Translations under genes and position numbers: made by a program
Notes under the pieces: generated by a model
Told to the model about the DNA's origin: nothing
The model's input: the letters and a program-made list of their open reading frames with translations, nothing else
Databases searched by the model: none
Assembly (NCBI GenBank): GCA_029258885.1
Contig: JAPDJW010000001.1
Span: forward strand, 192,001-256,000
From: Thermoproteota archaeon
GTDB lineage: Archaea > Thermoproteota > Thermoprotei > Thermofilales > B9-G17
DNA length: 64,000 nucleotides
Direction: 5' to 3'
Part shown: piece by piece, positions 1 through 7,188 of the stretch
How the letters are laid out: each line of letters starts with the position of its first letter
How positions within the stretch are numbered: the stretch's first letter is position 1

Positions 1-566
1 TATAGAAGCTTTCCATTCCTCTCCAAGGCTTTAAGCCTTAAAACTCCTGTTGTAGTCTCTTCGGTCCCGCCTAATATCCTCTCAATAGACTTAACATCCC
101 AATCTCTTAGCATCTCCTTGGCGTATCTAGTTTCTTCATTCAAAATGCCATAGAAAAGCATATGTATTGTGGATGTTAAGTCGGCTCCATCATCCATTGT
201 CACATCGGGCTGGGAGGAAATAAGCATACCTATAGCCTTATAATACTGTTCCTTTGACATACCTCTCCAAGCGAACACGTGAACACCCATTTCAGCTAAC
301 GCCGCTGCAACATTATCCTGTGTAGATAACGGGTTGGAAGCAGATATCCATATCTCAGCTCCACCGCTAAGGAGAGCCTTTGCAAGTACAGCTGTTTCCT
401 TAGTCACGTGCATACACATTGCAATTCTAAGCCCCTTAAACGGCTTCAGTTTCTCTAGTCGCTTTGCGATAAGCCTTAAAACCGGCATGTGAGCTTCTGC
501 CCACTCTATCTGCGTTTTTCCTATTGGTGCTAGAGACGGATCCTTAACCCTATACTCATCTGCCAA
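1..566 (-). CDS. ahcY: Adenosylhomocysteinase, 5' part (runs off the window start)
   Basis: Manual translation from TTG at 566 gives MADEYRVKDPSLAPIGKTQIEWAEAHMPVL...CMHVTKETAVL...SNPLSTQD, the SAHH N-terminus. Absent from the ORF track. Confidence 0.93.
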   Translation of the reverse strand, partial: MADEYRVKDPSLAPIGKTQIEWAEAHMPVLRLIAKRLEKLKPFKGLRIAMCMHVTKETAVLAKALLSGGAEIWISASNPLSTQDNVAAALAEMGVHVFAWRGMSKEQYYKAIGMLISSQPDVTMDDGADLTSTIHMLFYGILNEETRYAKEMLRDWDVKSIERILGGTEETTTGVLRLKALERNGKLL

Positions 567-607
567 AGATATTTTTATCATCTCTATCACTTATGTCATA
601 AATCTAG

Positions 608-1411
608 CTAAAGCAGCGCTGTTTTTAACGCTTCACCACAGGGACATTTCCTTTCCAGCGGTATCCTGGGTATCAAAGCCTTTAGAAGCTTTTTAGCTTT
701 CTCAGTATTCTCCTTCATTACCCTAACGACTTCCTCGGCCGTAACGGGCTTTTCCGCCCAAACGTCGTAGTCGGTGACCATAGCAATAGTAACGTAACAT
801 ATCTCGGCTTCTCTCGCGAGATTTACTTCAGGAACCAGGGTCATTCCTATAATATCACAGTGCCATTGTCTCCACAACCTGGATTCTGCTCTTGTCGAGA
901 ACCTAGGCCCCTCTATGCATATATACGTCCCCTTATCGTGCATTTTAATGTTAAGGTCACGTGCTGTCTTAACAACTATCTCCCTGAGCTCGGGACAGAA
1001 GGGATCAGCCATTGAAACGTGAGCTACTACTCCACCGTCATAGAACGTATAGGCCCTACTTTTAGTCATATCAACGAATTGATCAGGGCATACGAAGTCT
1101 CCAGGCTTATAGTCCTCCCTCAAGCTACCTACGGCTGATACTGATATTATTCTCTTAACGCCTATTTCCTTTAAGGCCCAGATATTAGCCCTATAGTTGA
1201 CCTTATGCGGGGGAATAGAATGTCTCGGGCCGTGTCTAGCTAAAAACGCTACCTTAACGCCCCCAATAGACCCAACCTTTATGAAATCTGACGGAAGTCC
1301 ATATGGAGTATAAACTTTTATTTCCTCAATTTCTGTCTCAAACCAATCTGGATCATAAAGCCCTGAGCCACCTATAATCCCTATATATGCCTCCACCTTT
1401 TTTAAACTCAT
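608..1411 (-). CDS. mtnP: S-methyl-5'-thioadenosine phosphorylase
   Basis: [43 protein letters not shown] and TDYD motifs; adjacent to ahcY. Confidence 0.95.
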   Translation of the reverse strand: MSLKKVEAYIGIIGGSGLYDPDWFETEIEEIKVYTPYGLPSDFIKVGSIGGVKVAFLARHGPRHSIPPHKVNYRANIWALKEIGVKRIISVSAVGSLREDYKPGDFVCPDQFVDMTKSRAYTFYDGGVVAHVSMADPFCPELREIVVKTARDLNIKMHDKGTYICIEGPRFSTRAESRLWRQWHCDIIGMTLVPEVNLAREAEICYVTIAMVTDYDVWAEKPVTAEEVVRVMKENTEKAKKLLKALIPRIPLERKCPCGEALKTALL

Positions 1412-1460
1412 TCAATCACCATTCAATTTTATTCCAACAAACTTATTTCTCTTATGGATG

Positions 1461-2444
1461 CTACAGGGGTTTGGCGTAAATGCCTAATTTAGAGTTTATA
1501 TAATCTGCGAAAGCTTTTGTAAAACCGTATACTGTATACACCTCTTCAGCTCCACTCTTTTCAACATACTCTAGCAGTTGACTGAAATCGACGTGGCTTG
1601 ATAGGGGATAAGCATTAGACTTATTCCATCTAATGCTCCACCCAGTACATACGATAGCTGGCTCCAGCTTTGCGTTAAGAGATAAATTCAACGGAATCAG
1701 ATGAATGCCTCTAGGCTTTCCAGGGATATATTTACTAGTACTGATGTAGCTACCCAGAGGCGGACCATATTTCTCATGTATTAAATTGTACAGGTATACT
1801 GCTGGATGAACTACAACGGGCATACCTATCCTAGAGACAGAAAGAAGGAAAGTTAATTCTTGAAGAGTGCCGAGGCTCCTCCCACCCACGTAAACCACGT
1901 CATACATATCCATTAAACCGACAATATTTTCCAGGATCTCACAGTATAATTTCCTTCTATCAGGAAAGATATAGCTCGGTAAACCATACGTGGATTCTAT
2001 AATTAAGACATCGCCTTTAAGAATTCTAGCTTTCTCCAACACCAATCTTTTGCTTAAATTAACATCGCCAGTATATACTATTGAATCCTTAAAGTTAAGC
2101 CTAAATTGGAGGGAGCCTATACAGTGACCTGCATTATATGCCTCCAAGTAGATTCCATTTACCTCACCGCAAAATCCATCCTCTACATCAACAACTTCTC
2201 TAAGCTTAACGTCATGTTTCTTTTCAATAATCTCTCGAGTAGCCCTACTCATTACCTTGGGAACCTTACGTATAGCTCTCAACGCCCTAATACTGTAGTG
2301 ATCACTATGAGCATGTGATAAAAGAACAAGATCAGGCTTAACGTTTGGAATAGATTTAGGATCAGCTAAAATGCATCTATCAGCGATTCTAATAAGTATT
2401 CCACCGTTGTATTCGACGTTAACCTTTTTACGCTCCAACATCAT
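1461..2444 (-). CDS. MBL-fold metallo-hydrolase, beta-CASP-like (SNM1/RNA-processing exonuclease-like)
   Basis: SHAHSDH, AGHCIGS, YTGD, IESTYG and C-terminal LSSHVDF motifs. Confidence 0.85.
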   Translation of the reverse strand: MMLERKKVNVEYNGGILIRIADRCILADPKSIPNVKPDLVLLSHAHSDHYSIRALRAIRKVPKVMSRATREIIEKKHDVKLREVVDVEDGFCGEVNGIYLEAYNAGHCIGSLQFRLNFKDSIVYTGDVNLSKRLVLEKARILKGDVLIIESTYGLPSYIFPDRRKLYCEILENIVGLMDMYDVVYVGGRSLGTLQELTFLLSVSRIGMPVVVHPAVYLYNLIHEKYGPPLGSYISTSKYIPGKPRGIHLIPLNLSLNAKLEPAIVCTGWSIRWNKSNAYPLSSHVDFSQLLEYVEKSGAEEVYTVYGFTKAFADYINSKLGIYAKPL

Positions 2445-2463
2445 TTCACTCTAGGATGATATA

Positions 2464-2856
2464 GTGGAGGAAATCGACGCCTACGTCAAGCTACATATAT
2501 CTCACATAGACGTTAATAAAGTTTTAAAGAATGGAAGCCAAGCGAAGCTAGTTCTAGGTAATGTTGCAATTAGGAAAGTAAGGTTATATGGTAGAGTACT
2601 GGAAATACGTAGATTTAGAAAGTTTTCTGATGTATTAATTGACGATGGGTCAGGGAACATAACGTGTCGAATATGGGAAGGAACGAGGATGCCCGAGCTT
2701 AAAGAAGGAGATCTAGTCGATGTATTTGGTCAGATAAGGCTCTATAATGAAAATCTATACGTAAAAACAGATATCATAAGGAAGATTAATGAGGAGTTCG
2801 TGAAACTGAGAGAAGCTGAAATCAAGCTAACAGAACTAATTCTTTTCAAACGCTAG
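2464..2856 (+). CDS. OB-fold nucleic-acid-binding protein (RPA32/Stn1 OB-like)
   Basis: KVRLYGRV...IDDGSGNITCRIW...GDLVDVFGQIRLY is a typical OB-fold signature. Confidence 0.8.
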   Translation: MEEIDAYVKLHISHIDVNKVLKNGSQAKLVLGNVAIRKVRLYGRVLEIRRFRKFSDVLIDDGSGNITCRIWEGTRMPELKEGDLVDVFGQIRLYNENLYVKTDIIRKINEEFVKLREAEIKLTELILFKR

Positions 2857-2895
2857 CTATTTAACGGCAAGTCACTATATTACTGTCAGATAGAT

Positions 2896-3201
2896 ATGCC
2901 TAAAAAATCCCGTAAGGAGCAGCCAATAGATCTAACAAGTTTTTTCGTAGAGGAAAAGGAGGAGGTTCCAAAGCCTTCTAAGACTGCCGAGGAAAGGGAT
3001 GTAAGTGAAGCTGCTAGGAGAGTGGAGAGCTATATTAAGACAAATAGAACAGTTTTAAAGTCCACGCTCTATAAGTGGGCCGTAAAGAACAATATCTCGC
3101 CGCAGGAGCTTTATTTATCACTAAAACAACTTATTAAAGAAGGTAAAATAAAGAAAATATTTGACCATGCTAGAGAGGAGATAGCATATATGTATGTTTA
3201 A
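2896..3201 (+). CDS. Small protein with N-terminal PIP-like motif and C-terminal winged helix
   Basis: N-terminal (Q)PIDLTSFF; C-terminal KSTLYKWA..NNISPQELYLSLKQLIKEGKIKKI reads as a wHTH. Confidence 0.65.
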   Translation: MPKKSRKEQPIDLTSFFVEEKEEVPKPSKTAEERDVSEAARRVESYIKTNRTVLKSTLYKWAVKNNISPQELYLSLKQLIKEGKIKKIFDHAREEIAYMYV

Positions 3202-3214
3202 CTGAGGTGGTGTC

Positions 3215-3475
3215 ATGACGTATAGAGATTACCTTAAGGTTGAGGATATAGACGACTTTTTAAAGATAGCGGAGAAATGTGATGTAATCCTTAGAATTGA
3301 TCCATTCCTCATAGTGAACTTCTATGGAACGATGTTCTATATAGACCTAGGTGAAATAGAGGAGGACATGGTTAAAAGGGTAATTTCGGGACTAAAGGCG
3401 AAAATAGTAAATATAAGGGAGACTAAATCATATAAATCGGTAAGCGAATTCTACTTGAAGGAAACACAAGCTTAA
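3215..3475 (+). CDS. Hypothetical protein (86 aa)
   Basis: GAGGTGGTG RBS before the ATG; co-directional within the operon; normal composition. Confidence 0.75.
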   Translation: MTYRDYLKVEDIDDFLKIAEKCDVILRIDPFLIVNFYGTMFYIDLGEIEEDMVKRVISGLKAKIVNIRETKSYKSVSEFYLKETQA

Positions 3476-3507
3476 TATAATCTACTGAACAAAAGGCTAT
3501 AGTAGCG

Positions 3508-4239
3508 GTGGAAGATGTGCATATAAGCTATCAAAAATATGGCTATTACATAGGATACGAGGACTATGTCCTCATCAGCTGGTTTTCGGAGCTAATCAAA
3601 AGCGTCCTTCCTTCTGTAAGTGAGGGCGAGATAAACATAATGTCTAGCGTAGCGCTTACAGACTTTAAGAACTGGGTTAAATATAAGAGGCTTATTTTAG
3701 GAGAAAAAGGAGCCGATGAAAAAGTAGATGCTCTTATCTCATGGCTAATAGATAATCAGCCCAATGAATTGAAGAAAATAATGAGAGAGTGGCTTGAAAG
3801 CTGGCTACTTAAATGGCGACAGAGAGTTAAGATAATATTTGATGAGAACGAGGATACAAAGCAAGCAAAGAAGATTTTCGCTAAAACCAATAACGTATGG
3901 CGTAAAATACCCTATAAGGATGAGTTAAAGGAAATAATCATTGGATCGCTAATTAGTGTGGGTGAGATTTGTTTCACAGAGGTTATATCAGAAAGCATAC
4001 TGAGGGGGGAATTGAATAAATATATGAATTACGTTAAGGATGAGGATAAGCTTTTAGAAATCTTAAGCAAAAATTCCATCCTGATACTTAAGGATGCCAT
4101 GCGTAATGTAAAGAGGATTACCCGCATAAAGGGACCGCTAATTGTAGTACGCGTAGATACTAGTGTCCTTAAAACGGAGGAGGATGAGAGTAGAGGACAA
4201 AATAAAGGCAGTAGATGGCGATGGAATATATCCTTCTAG
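3508..4239 (+). CDS. Hypothetical alpha-helical protein (243 aa)
   Basis: Long ORF with a GTG start, stopping 10 nt before the probable rnhB ATG. No family recognised. Confidence 0.75.
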   Translation: MEDVHISYQKYGYYIGYEDYVLISWFSELIKSVLPSVSEGEINIMSSVALTDFKNWVKYKRLILGEKGADEKVDALISWLIDNQPNELKKIMREWLESWLLKWRQRVKIIFDENEDTKQAKKIFAKTNNVWRKIPYKDELKEIIIGSLISVGEICFTEVISESILRGELNKYMNYVKDEDKLLEILSKNSILILKDAMRNVKRITRIKGPLIVVRVDTSVLKTEEDESRGQNKGSRWRWNISF

Positions 4240-4249
4240 CTGTGGAAAG

Positions 4250-4915
4250 ATGTTTATAGCTGGCATAGATGAAGCTGGACGAGGACCAGTAATAGGGCCG
4301 ATGGTTGTAGCGTTAGTACTAGTCGATGAAAATGGAGAATTTTTACTCAAAAGAATTGGTGTAAAGGATTCTAAAACTCTTTCTAAAATGCAAAGACTTA
4401 GATTATCGAAAAGCATTCAAGTAATATGTAGGCAAGTTATAGTAGAAGTAGTTCAGCCGTCAGAGATAGATTCAGCCGTATACGGTAGAACCGCAAAAAA
4501 CCTTAATGATCTTGAGGCGAGAATTGCTGCACGTTTAATAGACAAGATAACGTTTACCCCGTGCAACGTATACGTAGATTCTCCGGACGTAAACACCATT
4601 AGGTATCGTAATACAATAATGAAATATCTATCCAGGGACGACATTGAAATAATAGTTGAGAATGATGCCGATAAGACGTATCCCGTTGTCTCGGCGGCAT
4701 CAATTATAGCGAAGGTTAAAAGAGATAGCATAATTGAGGAACTGAAAAAAGTATATGGCGATTTTGGCTCAGGTTATCCTTCCGACCCTAAAACGAGAGC
4801 TTTTCTACGTAATATAATAAAAGGCAGACGCATACCACCTATCGTTAGACGATCATGGAAAACGTTCAGGAATATTGTGAAGCAAAAACCAAGCGGATAC
4901 AATGTAGTTATATAA
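4250..4915 (+). CDS. rnhB: Ribonuclease HII
   Basis: IAGIDEAGRGPV.GPMV, GVKDSK, ADKTYPVVSAASIIAKV.RD, GSGYPSDP. The start is placed at ATG 4250 (MFIAG) rather than the track start at 4163. Confidence 0.95.
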   Translation: MFIAGIDEAGRGPVIGPMVVALVLVDENGEFLLKRIGVKDSKTLSKMQRLRLSKSIQVICRQVIVEVVQPSEIDSAVYGRTAKNLNDLEARIAARLIDKITFTPCNVYVDSPDVNTIRYRNTIMKYLSRDDIEIIVENDADKTYPVVSAASIIAKVKRDSIIEELKKVYGDFGSGYPSDPKTRAFLRNIIKGRRIPPIVRRSWKTFRNIVKQKPSGYNVVI

Positions 4916-5067
4916 AATCTTCCTTTTCTCTTCGACTAAATATAACGTAGCCTTAGCTTTTACATATAGAAAGGTTTGTTTTCAGATTTTTCTATTAAAA
5001 GTTTATTTCTCTGAGATAAGTTTTATATTCCAATTAAATGTTTTTCAATAACGAGTAGGGTGTAATT

Positions 5068-6663
5068 ATGCCTGTAGATATTTATGCAAATAAAAAATCA
5101 AGTACCGGAACTAAAACTAGGGTTCCCGATGTAAGCCCCTTTAGCGGCATGTGCCCCCTCTGTATCGAGGATTGCCCGGTTCTATGTGAAATAGGCTTAT
5201 CCGCTATAAGAGGTAGGGAAGTAGTTTATCCGATTCCTGACTATTTCGGAAAAAGCACGGCTGCATCAAACAAGGACTACGGGCTGGATTGGTCTCACTT
5301 CAATATACACGCTGAGTTAAGGGGAGCTAGAGGCATAGCCGAAGACTCCGACATAGCGATATTTCCCAACGTCTCTGTTGAGACAAAAATAGGCGGCATA
5401 CCACTTAAAGTACCATTCCTAGTGGCAGCCCTAGGATCAACAGCCGTAGCTAAGAGAAACTGGGATTCACTAGCCATTGGAACAGCTATATCCGGCACAA
5501 TAATGACCATAGGAGAAAACGTGGTTGGAATGGATCCTGAAGCCAAATTTGATGCAAACGGTAAGGTCATAGACACAGTCGACTTGAAGTACAGAGTTGA
5601 AAAGTACAGAGAGTTCTGGGATGGAAAATATGGAGAAATAATTGTACAGACAAACGTTGAAGACCAGAGGCTAGGAGTAGACATCTACGCTCTAACAAAG
5701 CTGGAGGTAAATGCAATCGAGAGAAAGTGGGGTCAAGGAGCTAAAGCCATTGGAGGAGAAGTAAGAATACGAGATCTAAAGAAGGCTATAATGCTAAAGA
5801 AGAGAGGATACATAGTAATACCCGACCCCGAGGATCCAGCGGTCCAGGAAGCATTTAGAGACGGCATAATAAAGTCATTTGAGAGACATAGCAGAGTTGG
5901 TATGCCAAGAGCGAGAGACTTCGTGGAGGATGTCGAGTGGTTAAGGGAGCATGGAGCAAAGTACGTTACACTAAAAACTGGAGCATACAGGCCAGCAGTA
6001 GTAGCATGGACATTAAAAGTAGCTTCTGAGGCAAGAGTAAACTACGTAACCTTCGACGGTGCAGGCGGAGGAACAGGAATGAGCCCCGTACCCATGATGC
6101 AGGAGATGGGCATACCTACTGTATACCTAGAATCGATAGTGCTGAAATGTATCAGGATAATGGATAAGAAGGGAATGTACATCCCAGACATAGCTATGGC
6201 TGGCGGCTTCGTCAATGAGACACAAGTATTCAAGGCCATAGCATTAAGCAACTTCGGGCAGGGCCCATACGTTAAGGCTATCTCAATGGCTAGAGCACCC
6301 CTTGCTGCAGTGTTTAAAGCAAAGTACTTTGCCGAACTCGCTAAAAGCGGGAAACTGCCACCTGCATTCGCCAAGAAATACGGAAGCGATCCAGAAAAGT
6401 TCTTCGTTGCACTACATGAATTAAAGCGCATCTATGGAGAGAGAGTAAAGGACATACCATACGGCGCCGTAGGACTATACAGCTACTTCGACAAAATGGC
6501 GTTCTCTCTCAAGCAGCTAATTGCTGGATGCAGAAAATGGAGACTAGACTTAATCAGCAGAGACGATCTCTTTGCACTAACTGAGAGGGCAGCAAAGGTC
6601 ACAGGTCTACCACTACCTGAGGAAGCAGACGCTGACGCAATAGAGGAAATACTTGGACACTAA
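5068..6663 (+). CDS. FMN-binding glutamate synthase family protein (stand-alone archaeal GltB-2-like)
   Basis: N-terminal CPLC..C...C, ERKWGQGAK.IGGE, FDGAGGGTGMSP and AMAGG motifs. Confidence 0.85.
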   Translation: MPVDIYANKKSSTGTKTRVPDVSPFSGMCPLCIEDCPVLCEIGLSAIRGREVVYPIPDYFGKSTAASNKDYGLDWSHFNIHAELRGARGIAEDSDIAIFPNVSVETKIGGIPLKVPFLVAALGSTAVAKRNWDSLAIGTAISGTIMTIGENVVGMDPEAKFDANGKVIDTVDLKYRVEKYREFWDGKYGEIIVQTNVEDQRLGVDIYALTKLEVNAIERKWGQGAKAIGGEVRIRDLKKAIMLKKRGYIVIPDPEDPAVQEAFRDGIIKSFERHSRVGMPRARDFVEDVEWLREHGAKYVTLKTGAYRPAVVAWTLKVASEARVNYVTFDGAGGGTGMSPVPMMQEMGIPTVYLESIVLKCIRIMDKKGMYIPDIAMAGGFVNETQVFKAIALSNFGQGPYVKAISMARAPLAAVFKAKYFAELAKSGKLPPAFAKKYGSDPEKFFVALHELKRIYGERVKDIPYGAVGLYSYFDKMAFSLKQLIAGCRKWRLDLISRDDLFALTERAAKVTGLPLPEEADADAIEEILGH

Positions 6664-6899
6664 ACTCGTCTATCTTTTTTCACAACTTCTAAATAATCAT
6701 AGATGATTCCCTTTTTGACCATTTCTTCATAAACACGCCATATACGTTTAGCCGTCAGAAGATATGTGCAAAAGCCTTTTTCTTCGAGGACTTCTCTAAC
6801 CTCATCGCAAAAGTCGATAGGCCTAACTAAGGGATTAGTATTAATAGTTTCAACTATAGCTTGCCTAATATCGCTGGTTCTCGGGTAGGGTTTCTTCAG
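6660..6899 (-). CDS. Conserved-looking crenarchaeal-type small protein (79 aa), probable CTG start
   Basis: Manual translation: LKKPYPRTSDIRQAIVETINTNPLVRPIDFCDEVREVLEEKGFCTYLLTAKRIWRVYEEMVKKGIIYDYLEVVKKDRRV. GGTGA lies 6 nt upstream of the CTG. Absent from the ORF track. Confidence 0.75.
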   Translation of the reverse strand: MKKPYPRTSDIRQAIVETINTNPLVRPIDFCDEVREVLEEKGFCTYLLTAKRIWRVYEEMVKKGIIYDYLEVVKKDRRV

Positions 6900-6948
6900 G
6901 AAAACTCACCTAAATCTTAAATATGTATCCTGGATATATGATTATTGT

Positions 6949-7003
6949 GTGATGACTAGGAGGTGATCTCGGACAGGAGGGATGAAGACCTCCACCGCTC
7001 TGA
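6949..7003 (+). ncRNA. Box C/D sRNA candidate
   Basis: C GTGATGA 6949-55, D' CGGA 6970-73, C' GATGA 6981-85, D CTGA 7000-03; 55 nt; intergenic; TTAAATA about 30 nt upstream. Confidence 0.75.
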
Positions 7004-7039
7004 TAAAGTATTTTAAGGATATCAACGTTTTCCTCTAAC

Positions 7040-7090
7040 AGATGAAGAGCTGACTGAGCACCGATGAATGAGGAAACGAACCCGGGCAGA
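7040..7090 (+). ncRNA. Box C/D sRNA candidate (degenerate boxes)
   Basis: AGATGAA, CTGA 7054-57, GATGA 7063-67, CAGA 7087-90. The D guide CGAACCCGGG is complementary to the tRNA T-arm sequence CCCGGGUUCG. Confidence 0.5.
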
Positions 7091-7188
7091 TTCTCTCCAT
7101 TAATTTTACCAACTAAACTAAGTATTTATTGAAGAAGAGGTAAATTTTTATTGGAGTTGTTTTAGAGCTGGGTTTTATATATTGAAAT

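Noticed and set aside
4163-4249. N-terminal extension of RNase HII
   Set aside because: It overlaps the upstream ORF; the conserved protein begins at MFIAGIDEAG.
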